Counted from the first letter of the stretch, positions 8,911 through 18,196 are shown. The stretch: 64,000 nt of DNA from an uncultured Candidatus Saccharibacteria bacterium (GCA_964510655.1 CAZEAY010000002.1:26613-90612), one strand, 5' to 3'. The notes: a model not told the origin generated them from the sequence alone. Numbers and translations: made by a program.

Positions 8911-10389
8911 ATGTCAAAAGTAAAATTACAAATAAAGAATAAAAAAAATGGCGGATATGTGCTAATTAGTACCTTGGTTTTTGCCACTATTGCCGTAATT
9001 ATTTTGACTGGCGTGGCCTCTTGGTCCGCTACCAACTACCGTTTGGCCAACCAAACAGTAAATCGGGAAAAAGCCTTTCAAATCGCTGAAGCGGGTATTG
9101 ATTACTATCGTTGGCATTTAGCTCATTCACCTCAGGATTTTCAAGATGGCACTGGTCAGGCTGGCCCATACACACACCTGTATTACGATAAATTTGGTAA
9201 TGTAATTGGCAATTACCAATTGACCATTACCCCTCCTTTGGTCGGTTCAACGGTCGTTAAAATTGTTTCTAAGGGTACAGTTGCAAGCACTACTATTTCT
9301 CGTTCTATTGAGGTGATTTTAGCTATTCCCTCCCTGGCTAAATATGCTTTTGTGGCTAATTCTGTGATGCGTTTTGGTGAAGGAACAGAAGTTTTTGGGC
9401 CAATTCATTCTAATGACGGTATTCGGATGGACGGTTTGGCTCATAATATTGTTACTAGTGCTAAATCCACTTACGATGATCCTGATCATAATGGAGGTTT
9501 AGAATTTGGTGTGCATACCCATATTCAAGCGCCTCCCTCTAGTGGTCTGAGTAATGGAGGTTTATCAAGCGAAGCGCCTCCTTCTACTGTTCCTGTCCGG
9601 TCCGATGTTTTTATGTCTGGACGCCAGTTTCCCGTTCCTGCTATTGATTTTAATGGGTTAACTTCTAATTTGGCTAATTTGAAAACCTTAGCTCAGTCAG
9701 CCGGACGTTACTTTGCCTCTTCTGGAGCCCAAGGTTACAATATCGTCTTAAAGACTAATGGGACTTTTGATTTATATAAAGTTACAGCTTTAGTTTCGGC
9801 GGCTCATTCTTGCAATAAACAAAATTGGCCAGATCAGGAGGGTTGGGGAACATTTTCAGTTGGGACTCAAGTCTTCGTTGCTAATTATCCTTTTCCGACC
9901 AATGGAGTAGTTTTTGTCGAGGATAATGTTTGGGTGGAGGGTAAGATTAATAATGCTCGATTAACAATCGCTTCCGGCCGGTTTCCTGAGAGTGTTAACA
10001 CTAATACGAGTATTTCATTTACTAAAGATATTTTGTATACCAATTATGATGGTCGAGATGTCCTTGCTTTAATTGCCCAAAATAATGTTAATGCGGGAAT
10101 GACCAGCGCTGATACGATTGAAGTAGATGCTGCTCTTATTGCTAAAAATGGTCGAGTCGGGAGATATTATTACAATTCTAGTTGTCATCCTTATGATGAT
10201 CGGACTAAGATTAGATTGTACGGTATGATTGGGACTAACCAGCGTTATGGTTTTGCTTATACGGGAAGTCAGAGTGGGGGCTATGCAATAAGGGAAGTTG
10301 TTTATGATGGTAATCTGCTTTATGGTCCACCTCCTTCTTTTCCTTTGACTAGTGATCAATATGTAACGATTAGTTGGAGGGAAATTTAA
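8911..10389 (+). CDS. PilX-like minor pilin
   Basis: GG|YVLISTL (no E5); AFQIAEAGI motif; ends WREI. Confidence 0.75.
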   Translation: MSKVKLQIKNKKNGGYVLISTLVFATIAVIILTGVASWSATNYRLANQTVNREKAFQIAEAGIDYYRWHLAHSPQDFQDGTGQAGPYTHLYYDKFGNVIGNYQLTITPPLVGSTVVKIVSKGTVASTTISRSIEVILAIPSLAKYAFVANSVMRFGEGTEVFGPIHSNDGIRMDGLAHNIVTSAKSTYDDPDHNGGLEFGVHTHIQAPPSSGLSNGGLSSEAPPSTVPVRSDVFMSGRQFPVPAIDFNGLTSNLANLKTLAQSAGRYFASSGAQGYNIVLKTNGTFDLYKVTALVSAAHSCNKQNWPDQEGWGTFSVGTQVFVANYPFPTNGVVFVEDNVWVEGKINNARLTIASGRFPESVNTNTSISFTKDILYTNYDGRDVLALIAQNNVNAGMTSADTIEVDAALIAKNGRVGRYYYNSSCHPYDDRTKIRLYGMIGTNQRYGFAYTGSQSGGYAIREVVYDGNLLYGPPPSFPLTSDQYVTISWREI

Positions 10390-10442
10390 ACTAATTATTA
10401 ATTTCTTGCTTGATCGGGCAGACAAGTTGAAGTTTTAAACTT

Positions 10443-10484
10443 AAACCCCTGAAAAACACCCCTTTGGTGTTTTTCAGGGGTTTT
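10443..10484 (+). terminator. Intrinsic terminator
   Basis: aaacccctgaaaaacacc-loop-ggtgtttttcaggggtttt. Confidence 0.75.
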
Positions 10485-10502
10485 CTGTTATAATTATTTC
10501 AT

Positions 10503-11264
10503 ATGAAAAAAATTATTGTTGGTAATTGGAAGATGAATCCTACTGGTCCATCGGATGCCAAACATATTTTTACTAAGATTTCTTCTGGCCTGGTTAAATA
10601 TAAAAAGACCGAGGTTGTAGTTTGTCCACCGGCTATTTTTATGGGGATACTTGGAGCCCCAGCCTCCACTATTAAGCTTCGGCTGGGCGCGCAAGATGGA
10701 TTTTATGAAGTCTCTGGCGCTTTTACTGGTCTAATTTCTCTGTCGATGCTCAAAAGCATGGGGGTGGAGTATTGCTTGGTTGGACATTCGGAAATCCGAC
10801 AGGCTGGAGAGACAAATCAGGTTATTAATAAGAAAATAAAATCGGCTTTAAAAACGGGTTTGAAGGTTATTTTGTGTGTAGGTGAGAAAGTTCACGATGA
10901 AAATGGTGATTATCTAAAGACTCTCCAGTCTCAACTTTCTGAAGCTTTGGCCGGTGTACCCAAAAAATTTTTTAGCCAAATTTTGGTGGCTCATGAACCG
11001 GTTTGGGCGATCGGGGCTTCGGCTAAGGGAGCGGATACACCAGAAAGTTTTAACCATAATCGTCTTTTTATCAAAAAAGTTTTAGCCGATTTGGCTGGGA
11101 AGAAAGAAGGTCTCCAAGTTCCTATTCTTTATGGGGGTTCTGTTGGGGTAAAAAACGCTCAAGATTTTTTAGTGGCCGGAGGAGCTGATGGACTGTTGGT
11201 TGGGCGAGCTTCTTTGGTTCCGGTAGATTTTTTAAAAATTGTTCAAATTGCTGATCAGTTATGA
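10503..11264 (+). CDS. tpiA: Triosephosphate isomerase
   Basis: GNWKMN, GHSE, EPVWAIG, ILYGGSV, DGLLVG.ASL. Confidence 0.95.
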   Translation: MKKIIVGNWKMNPTGPSDAKHIFTKISSGLVKYKKTEVVVCPPAIFMGILGAPASTIKLRLGAQDGFYEVSGAFTGLISLSMLKSMGVEYCLVGHSEIRQAGETNQVINKKIKSALKTGLKVILCVGEKVHDENGDYLKTLQSQLSEALAGVPKKFFSQILVAHEPVWAIGASAKGADTPESFNHNRLFIKKVLADLAGKKEGLQVPILYGGSVGVKNAQDFLVAGGADGLLVGRASLVPVDFLKIVQIADQL

Positions 11265-12415
11265 TTGATTTAAAGTCAAAATTAATTACTCGGGTAAAAA
11301 ATCTAAAAGGTAAAAGAGTTTTACTCCGGCTTGATTTGAATGTGCCAATTAATGAGGGCGGTCAAATTGAGGATGCTTTTCGGGTGGATATGGTTATCCC
11401 AACGATTGAATTTTTGGTTAGTAAAAAGGCCAAGGTAATTATTGTTAGTCACCTTGGAGCTGATGGTAAACAAAGTCTGTCTCCAGTCGTGGCTTATTTA
11501 GGTAAACATTTTAATACAGCTTTTTTCCCAGATCTTGATAATTTATTTCACATCGAGGAACTTAAAGATGGTGAAGTAGCGATTTTAGAGAACATCAGGC
11601 GAGCAGAGGGGGAAATGACTAATAGCCTCAAGTTATCTAAAGAGCTGGCTTCACTTGCTGATATCTATGTTAACGATGCTTTTTCGGTGTCTCACCGCCC
11701 CCATGCTTCGGTTGTGGGAGTGGTGAAATATTTACCGTCTTATATTGGACCACTGTTTTTTAGAGAATACGAGAATCTGGTTAAAGCTTTTAAGCCCACT
11801 CATCCCTTTGTTTTTATTCTTGGTGGCTTAAAATTCCAGACCAAGATTCCTTTGTTAAAGAAATTTGTGACTAAGGCTGATTCAATTTTTATTGGTGGGG
11901 CCTTGGCTAATTCTTTTTTTAAGAAACTTGGTTACGAAATTGGAGAATCTGTTTTTGATTTGAATTCCGCTGGTATGACTGATTTTTTGAAAAACCAAAC
12001 TATTAAGCTTCCTCAAGATGTTGTGACCGAAAAACATGGTGATGTCTTTGTTCGATCAATTATGTCGGTAAAAACAAAGGAGTCGATTGTGGATATTGGT
12101 CCAGATTCCCTAGATTTGATTAAGGAGGAAATAAAACAAGCCCGTTTTATTCTTTGGAATGGTCCTCTGGGAAATTTTGAGAAAGGATTCAATAAGGGGA
12201 CACTGGAATTGGCACGAACAATTGCGAAGAGCAAAGCTTTTTCCTTGGTTGGAGGAGGTGATACTATTTCTGCTATTGCTGATCTAAAACTGGAAAAAGA
12301 ATTTGATTTTGTGTCTACGGCTGGGGGTGCTATGCTAGATTTTTTGGCAAATGGCACATTGCCGGGAATTGAAGCCATTAGTAAGTCAAAAAGCAAAAAG
12401 CAAAAAGCAAAATAA
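11261..12415 (+). CDS. pgk: Phosphoglycerate kinase
   Basis: RLDLNVP, YVNDAF..SHR.HAS, WNGPLG.FE, GGGDT, STAGGA. Confidence 0.95.
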   Translation: MIDLKSKLITRVKNLKGKRVLLRLDLNVPINEGGQIEDAFRVDMVIPTIEFLVSKKAKVIIVSHLGADGKQSLSPVVAYLGKHFNTAFFPDLDNLFHIEELKDGEVAILENIRRAEGEMTNSLKLSKELASLADIYVNDAFSVSHRPHASVVGVVKYLPSYIGPLFFREYENLVKAFKPTHPFVFILGGLKFQTKIPLLKKFVTKADSIFIGGALANSFFKKLGYEIGESVFDLNSAGMTDFLKNQTIKLPQDVVTEKHGDVFVRSIMSVKTKESIVDIGPDSLDLIKEEIKQARFILWNGPLGNFEKGFNKGTLELARTIAKSKAFSLVGGGDTISAIADLKLEKEFDFVSTAGGAMLDFLANGTLPGIEAISKSKSKKQKAK

Positions 12416-12441
12416 AAAAACGGCCAACTGGCCGTTTTTTT
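12414..12441. terminator. Bidirectional terminator between pgk and HIT
   Basis: aaaaaacggcca-ac-tggccgttttt between convergent genes. Confidence 0.7.
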
Positions 12442-12802
12442 ATGATAAACAGTCTATTATTTTTTTGGCATTAGTTGGGAAATCTTTTTTGTTTCCAATT
12501 ACTTTATTGTCTGGATAGACCCAAATGTGGGCGTGGGGAACCTCTTCTCCAATAATTTTAGCTAAGACAAAGTCGGTGGAAAAGGCTTTTTTCTGAGCTA
12601 CGGCAATTTTTCGAGCCACCTCAAAATAGTCACCCGCGTTTGGTACATCCCAGACCCAAGGGTAATGAGTTTTTGGTATGACTAGAGTGTGTCCGGGAGA
12701 GAGAGGATTGATGTCAAGAAAGGCTAAAAAATCTTTGTCTTCATAGACCTTGTGAGAAGGTATTTCCCCTGCAATTATTTGGCAAAAAATGCAATTGTTC
12801 AT
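12440..12802 (-). CDS. HIT family nucleotide hydrolase
   Basis: CIFC.I, FLDINP, GHTLVIPK.H, VPHAHIW (variant histidine triad). Confidence 0.9.
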   Translation of the reverse strand: MNNCIFCQIIAGEIPSHKVYEDKDFLAFLDINPLSPGHTLVIPKTHYPWVWDVPNAGDYFEVARKIAVAQKKAFSTDFVLAKIIGEEVPHAHIWVYPDNKVIGNKKDFPTNAKKIIDCLS

Positions 12803-12849
12803 AAAAGGTGTTTATTGTTTATTATGCTATAATCATATATTAGCATGAA

Positions 12850-12982
12850 TCCCGTGGTAGAAAATCGGCCTCGTTGGGAATAAGTCTTCGGGAAACAGTA
12901 TGAAATTAATCAGTAATTACTAATTTAATAAAGATGGCATAAAAGAATCCCACCAGGATAATGCCATTTTTCACTAACGGGA
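12850..12982. mobile_element. 133-bp MITE-like hairpin element at the recJ start codon (copy A)
   Basis: Ends TCCCGT...ACGGGA, flanked by TGAA direct repeats (12846-12849 and 12983-12986); similar in sequence and identical in length to 26193-26325. Confidence 0.7.
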
Positions 12983-14751
12983 TGAAAAAGTGGCAAATTA
13001 GAAAACCTATTACAAAATCAGTATCTGACAGATTGGCGACTTATCCTCCTTTTTTGCGTGATTTATTGTTCGCCCGCGGAATCACCGATCCTCTTGTGGC
13101 GGAAAAATATTTACATCCATCTTACACTCGCGATCTTCATGATCCATTTTTAATGAAAGGTATGAAGAAGGCGGTGGAGCGGATAAATTTAGCAGTTGAG
13201 AGAAATGAGAGAATTGTTGTCTACGGTGATTATGATGCTGATGGAGTGCCGGGGACAGTGGTCATCACCTCTTTTTTTAAGGAAATTGGCTTTACCAATT
13301 TTGATATTTTTATTCCTGACAGACAACTAGATGGATATGGTCTGAAAGATGAAACAATTAAAGCTTTAGCTTTGGAGGGAACTAAACTTATTATTTCGGT
13401 TGATTGCGGAATTGTTGATGTTGAGCCGGCTAAAAAAGCCAAAAAACTTGGAATTGATATGATTATCACCGACCATCATCTTCCTCAGGATAAATTACCC
13501 CAAGCGGTAGCTATTTTGGATAATAAACAGGAGGGTGATGATTATCCTTACAAAATGCTTTGTGGGACTGGAGTCGCTTTTAAATTGGTCCAGGCTCTAA
13601 TGACGGTTAGTAAGCATGAATTTAAAGATGGGTGGGAGAAGTGGCTCCTAGATTTGGTGGCGATTGCGACTATTTCAGATATGGTTCCATTGGAAGATGA
13701 AAATCGTACTTTAGCCTACTTTGGACTTAAAGTTTTGCGGAAGACTAAACGTCCAGGATTACTTGAGCTTATTCGTTCAATGAAGATGAATAAAGAAAAT
13801 ATCTCGGAAGATGATATCGGTTTTATGTTGGCCCCTCGGTTGAATGCGGCCAGTCGGATGTCTCATGCTGTTCAGTCTTATTTTTTACTGACCACGGACG
13901 ATGTTGATCAAGCTCGTGATATCGCTAAACATCTAGAAGAAAAAAATAACGAACGCAAGGCAATGGTCGAACAAATTGTTTTGACTATTGAAGAGAGGAT
14001 AAAAGAGAAAAAAACGATTCCTGACATTTTAGTTTTTGGTGATGCTCTTTGGCCAGCTGGGGGATTAGGGCTAGTCGCCAATAAAATCAAAGATAAGTAT
14101 AATAAAAGCGTTTTTGTTTGGGGTGGAAATGGTCAGGAAGGTGATTATAAGGGTTCTTCTCGTTCTGATGGGCAAGTAAACCTAGTTAAGTTAATGGAGG
14201 CGGCTGGGGGTGATGATTTTTTTATTAATTTCGGGGGCCATTTTATGGCGGCGGGTTTTGCTGTTTCTTCCGCCCGTCAGCCAGAGTTAGAGTCTCGTTT
14301 AAATGAGGCATATAAGAAAATCGGTAAAGAAAAAGCAGTTGAACCAGTGCTGATTAATAAGGAGATTTCCCTGGATGAGATTACTTGGGATAACTATTAT
14401 TTTATTGAAGAGATGGGACCCTATGGAATAGGAAATCCTAAACCGATTTTTTTACTCAAGAGGGTCTTAATTGATAGTGTTAAGGCCTTTGGTAATGGAG
14501 GAATTCATCTCGAGCTTGGTTTCCGTAATACCAAAGATAAAAAAATTACGGCTATCGGCTTTTTTACTTGCGCGGCAGGAGACCTGCCTGCGCAGGCAGG
14601 GAAGTTTGATGCTATAAATGGCCATATTTTTAAGGGGGTAAATTTGGAAGTAGGGCAGAGGGTGGATATTTTAGTGACATTAGAGAAATCAACTTTCAAA
14701 AATTTCCCTGAACTTCGACTGAGGATTGTTGATTTAAGGAATAATGGTTAA
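12982..14751 (+). CDS. recJ: Single-stranded-DNA exonuclease RecJ (start moved from 12961 to 12982)
   Basis: YGDYDADG, SVDCG, ITDHH, APRLNA, FGGH.MAAG, PYG.GNPKP; the extra MPFFTNG in the ORF track is element sequence. Confidence 0.93.
   Translation: MKKWQIRKPITKSVSDRLATYPPFLRDLLFARGITDPLVAEKYLHPSYTRDLHDPFLMKGMKKAVERINLAVERNERIVVYGDYDADGVPGTVVITSFFKEIGFTNFDIFIPDRQLDGYGLKDETIKALALEGTKLIISVDCGIVDVEPAKKAKKLGIDMIITDHHLPQDKLPQAVAILDNKQEGDDYPYKMLCGTGVAFKLVQALMTVSKHEFKDGWEKWLLDLVAIATISDMVPLEDENRTLAYFGLKVLRKTKRPGLLELIRSMKMNKENISEDDIGFMLAPRLNAASRMSHAVQSYFLLTTDDVDQARDIAKHLEEKNNERKAMVEQIVLTIEERIKEKKTIPDILVFGDALWPAGGLGLVANKIKDKYNKSVFVWGGNGQEGDYKGSSRSDGQVNLVKLMEAAGGDDFFINFGGHFMAAGFAVSSARQPELESRLNEAYKKIGKEKAVEPVLINKEISLDEITWDNYYFIEEMGPYGIGNPKPIFLLKRVLIDSVKAFGNGGIHLELGFRNTKDKKITAIGFFTCAAGDLPAQAGKFDAINGHIFKGVNLEVGQRVDILVTLEKSTFKNFPELRLRIVDLRNNG
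14583..14600. repeat. Perfect 18-bp palindrome CCTGCCTGCGCAGGCAGG inside recJ
   Basis: Self-complementary and GC-rich in an AT-rich gene; falls in the peptide D-LPAQAG-K. Confidence 0.8.
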
Positions 14752-14760
14752 AATATATTT

Positions 14761-15204
14761 ATGATCAAATTGTATCTAAATACTGATGGTGGTTCGCGTG
14801 GTAATCCTGGGCCGGCAGGGTGTGGCGCAGTGATTTCTGATGAAGAGAATAAAGTGATAAAAAAGGTTTCTAAATTCTTGGGTGTGGCGACAAACAACGA
14901 AGCTGAATATCAGGCGGTTATTCTGGGTTTGGAAACTCTCAAGAAAATATATGGGTCCGAAAAAATGAAAGACATTGATGTCGTTGTTCGGATGGACAGT
15001 GAATTAGTGTGTAAACAGTTAAATGGTGAATATCAACTGAAAGAGGAAAAATTATTTTCGCCTTTTATTAAAATTTGGAATTTTCGGGTTAAGGAAATAC
15101 CGAATATTAAATTTACTTACGTTCCGCGTGAACAAAATAGTATTGCTGATGGTCTCGCTAATGAGGCAATGGATGGTGGTTTAAAACAGGACGGCCTGTT
15201 TTAA
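14761..15204 (+). CDS. rnhA: Ribonuclease HI
   Basis: TDGGSRGNPG, TNNEAEY, DSELV, VPREQN..AD.LAN. Confidence 0.92.
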   Translation: MIKLYLNTDGGSRGNPGPAGCGAVISDEENKVIKKVSKFLGVATNNEAEYQAVILGLETLKKIYGSEKMKDIDVVVRMDSELVCKQLNGEYQLKEEKLFSPFIKIWNFRVKEIPNIKFTYVPREQNSIADGLANEAMDGGLKQDGLF

Positions 15205-15239
15205 ATAATTTCAAATTTCAAATTAAAAATTACTAATTG

Positions 15240-15264
15240 AAAAACCGCCCAGTGGGCGGTTTTT
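15240..15264. terminator. Bidirectional terminator
   Basis: aaaaaccgccca-g-tgggcggttttt. Confidence 0.75.
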
Positions 15265-15271
15265 GCTTTGT

Positions 15272-15727
15272 CTAATTCTGACGGAAAGATTTTCCGCGAA
15301 CAACGACATTTATATCTTCTTTTTCAGCTTTAAATGTTTCGCGAATAAAGCCCAGTGTTTTTTCGACATCAAACGGTCGGCAGGAGAAGACGTCTAGGAA
15401 GAATGTTTTGTCATGAGGATAGGTGTGGATGGAGATATGTGATTCGGCAATTATTACTACTCCCGTGACTCCATAATCTTCGTTTATTCCGCCACCATCA
15501 TACGACAGGGTGTATGGTTGGGTGAGTTTGTGCATCCCTAGAATCTCTGGCATTTTTGATAAAAACTGGAAAACCACCTGCATATCATTGAGTGGTCCGG
15601 CTGGACAGTCATATCCGTCGTAAGTCAGGTGTGGGCCATAGCCTTTTTTAATCTCCTCGGAGGAGGGAATTACTCTTTCGGCTTCTTGTTTGACCTCGTT
15701 AGAGGTCATCTGTCTTAAGTTGCTCAT
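15272..15727 (-). CDS. speD: Pyruvoyl-dependent S-adenosylmethionine decarboxylase proenzyme family protein
   Basis: G.HL..D, GVTGVVIIAE|SHISIHTYP self-cleavage motif, DVFSC. Confidence 0.82.
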   Translation of the reverse strand: MSNLRQMTSNEVKQEAERVIPSSEEIKKGYGPHLTYDGYDCPAGPLNDMQVVFQFLSKMPEILGMHKLTQPYTLSYDGGGINEDYGVTGVVIIAESHISIHTYPHDKTFFLDVFSCRPFDVEKTLGFIRETFKAEKEDINVVVRGKSFRQN

Positions 15728-15777
15728 CTAATTTCATAAAATAAGTTATGTTTTAATAAACTCGACAAAAAACCACA

Positions 15778-17346
15778 ATGAATTACAGTATAAGTAAATC
15801 ACCTCAAAATACAATAGTGGATAAGTCAAAACAGGATAATTTTTTAAACGTATCTCCCGTGGGTCGTCATCGAGATTGGCATCTGGTTTTTATTTTGTCG
15901 AGTTTGAGTTTTTTGACCAGTATGTTTTTAAGTAGTTGGCTGTCCTTGTCTTGGGTGCAAGCTGGTTGGTTTTTATTGCTGGCGGCTATTTTGGGTTCTG
16001 TTTTTGCTTTTTATTTTAAGGTTTCTTGGTCGGTAGTTTATTTTTTTATTATTATCTTTGTTGGATCGGCTGGAGGTATTCTTCGCCCTTTGCTTGAACA
16101 AGATTATAGTCATGAGTTGGATAATTATCTGGCTCATAAAGTTCTTATCTCGGCCGAAGTCGTTTATTCTCCGGATGAACGGGAAACTTTGACCAAGCTT
16201 GTTGTACACCCTCTTAATTATCAGGCCAAGATTTTACTTACCACCGAACGTTACCCGCAATACTCCTTGGGAGATGTTATTGCTTTGAGTGGTAAAATTT
16301 CTCGACCAAAAAATACTTTTTCAACCAATGGAACGTTTTTTGATTACCAATCTTATCTCGCTAAGGATGGCATTTATTATGAAATGTATAAACCAAACGT
16401 TTCTCTTATTTCTCGGCCGACAACCGGGGTCTTTGTTTTTTTATCTAATTTAAAATCGTGGTTGATTAAAAAGATTAACGATATCTTACCAGAGCCAGAG
16501 TCTTCTCTTTTGGCGGGTATTTTATTGGGGGCAAAAAAGGGATTGGGGACGGAAGTTACTAATAATTTTAAGCTGGCCGGAGTGTCTCATATCTTAGTTT
16601 TATCGGGTTATAATATCACTTTTGTGGCCTTGATTTTATTGCGCTTGTTTTCTCTACTTCCACGATTGTTCGGGGGTATTTTGGGGTTTGCCAGCATTAT
16701 TATTTTTGGTCTTTTGGCTGGAGGTGGATCAGTGGTGTGGCGGGCGGTTCTAATGTCTCTGATTGCTCTCTACGCCAAACTGACTGGTCGGATTTTTGAT
16801 GTTACGGCTGCGATTATTTTTTCTGCGGTGGCTTTGGTGGCTTATAATCCTAAAACATTGACCAGCGATTTAGGTTTTCAATTGAGTGTCTTAGCGATGT
16901 TGGGACTCGTTTATTTATCTCCAGTCCTGAAAGATAAAATCTTTTATTGGCTTCCAACAAGATTTGGATTGCAAGAATTAATTTGCTCAACTTTTGGAGC
17001 TCAGTTAGCGGTCATTCCTCTTTTGTGGCAAACGGTGGGACAAGTTTCTCTTTGGGGTTTTGTTTCTAATTTAGTTGTCTTGCCCTTCGTCCCTTACTCG
17101 ATGATGATTGGAGCTTTGGCTGTTTTACTCAGTCAGTTGTCTTTTGTCGTGGCCCAACCAATAAGCTTTCTTGCTTATTTACTCCTTAAAATAATCTTAT
17201 CTTTGGTCGAGTTTTTTGCTCAGCTAAGTTTAGTTGCTTCAATTGGTGGCGAAGGTTTCTCTTTTTTGATTTGGCTTATTTATTTACCGCTGTGTTATCT
17301 AACAGGAAGATATTGGTATAAGATTTATAAAAAAATTACAGTATAA
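15778..17346 (+). CDS. comEC: ComEC/Rec2 competence membrane channel (DUF4131 plus Competence domain); start uncertain
   Basis: FDYQSYL, GILLG, GVSHILVLSGYNI, GFQLS; many TM segments. Confidence 0.88.
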   Translation: MNYSISKSPQNTIVDKSKQDNFLNVSPVGRHRDWHLVFILSSLSFLTSMFLSSWLSLSWVQAGWFLLLAAILGSVFAFYFKVSWSVVYFFIIIFVGSAGGILRPLLEQDYSHELDNYLAHKVLISAEVVYSPDERETLTKLVVHPLNYQAKILLTTERYPQYSLGDVIALSGKISRPKNTFSTNGTFFDYQSYLAKDGIYYEMYKPNVSLISRPTTGVFVFLSNLKSWLIKKINDILPEPESSLLAGILLGAKKGLGTEVTNNFKLAGVSHILVLSGYNITFVALILLRLFSLLPRLFGGILGFASIIIFGLLAGGGSVVWRAVLMSLIALYAKLTGRIFDVTAAIIFSAVALVAYNPKTLTSDLGFQLSVLAMLGLVYLSPVLKDKIFYWLPTRFGLQELICSTFGAQLAVIPLLWQTVGQVSLWGFVSNLVVLPFVPYSMMIGALAVLLSQLSFVVAQPISFLAYLLLKIILSLVEFFAQLSLVASIGGEGFSFLIWLIYLPLCYLTGRYWYKIYKKITV

Positions 17347-17353
17347 TTTAATT

Positions 17354-18196
17354 ATGTTATTAAAGTTACGGTGGTTCTTTATCTTTATTCTGGTTTTCGG
17401 TAATTTTTTTGTTTGGTATTCAATTTTTTATTTTTTCAATCAAAACTTGGAAGTTGCTTTTTTAGACGTTGGTCAGGGCGATGCTATTTTAGTCCGGGCC
17501 CCCTTAGGGCGGACAATTTTAATTGATGGTGGTCCGGGGCGAAATATTCTTAGCCGTTTAGCTAAAGAACTGCCTCTGTTTAGTGACCAGATTGATGTTT
17601 TGATGGAGACCCATCCTGATACTGATCACGTTGGCGGATTACCAGATGTTTTAGGGCGTTATGCCGTTAGGGCGGTTGTTAAACCGTGCATTGTCTCAAA
17701 TAATTCTTATGATCAGGCCTTGAACTCCTTGGCGAAAGATAAACAAGTAGCAGTTATTTGTGCTCAAGCCGGGCAAGTGATTGATTTGGGGGGAGGAGCT
17801 AAAATGGAAATTTTTTATGCTGGGCGGGATGAAGTTAAGGATACTAATACGGCCTCGATTGTCGCCCGTCTTGATTATCAAGAAAAAAGTTTTTTGTTTA
17901 CTGGTGATACTCCGATTAAAGTGGAGAAATATCTCGTTTATAATTTAGGAAATAAATTATCTTCAGATGTTTTAAAAGTGTCCCACCATGGTTCAAAATT
18001 ATCTAATGATGAAAAATTTTTAAAAACGATCAGTCCTCAGGTTTCTGTTATCTCTGTTGGGACAAAAAATACTTATGGACATCCCCACCAGGAAGTTTTA
18101 ACTTACCTCTCTAGCTTAAAGAGCGTGATCTTAAGAACTGATATCTTAGGGACAATAGTCTTAGAGAGCGATGGCCGCTCTATTTATCAAAAATAG
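17354..18196 (+). CDS. ComEC-associated metallo-beta-lactamase-fold protein
   Basis: FLDVGQGDA, LIDGG, THPDTDHVGG, LFTGD, LKVSHHGS, N.YGHPH. Confidence 0.9.
   Translation: MLLKLRWFFIFILVFGNFFVWYSIFYFFNQNLEVAFLDVGQGDAILVRAPLGRTILIDGGPGRNILSRLAKELPLFSDQIDVLMETHPDTDHVGGLPDVLGRYAVRAVVKPCIVSNNSYDQALNSLAKDKQVAVICAQAGQVIDLGGGAKMEIFYAGRDEVKDTNTASIVARLDYQEKSFLFTGDTPIKVEKYLVYNLGNKLSSDVLKVSHHGSKLSNDEKFLKTISPQVSVISVGTKNTYGHPHQEVLTYLSSLKSVILRTDILGTIVLESDGRSIYQK

Noticed and set aside
11260-11264. Alternative genetic code 25 (UGA=Gly) as in Gracilibacteria/Absconditabacteria
   Set aside because: Long core ORFs are intact under code 11, and TGA ends tpiA at the expected length.
12961-12981. N-terminal peptides MPFFTNG (recJ) and MPFSTNG (rplC, 26304) as a shared protein leader
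   Set aside because: They are translations of the right end of the repeated DNA element; family homology begins at the following Met.
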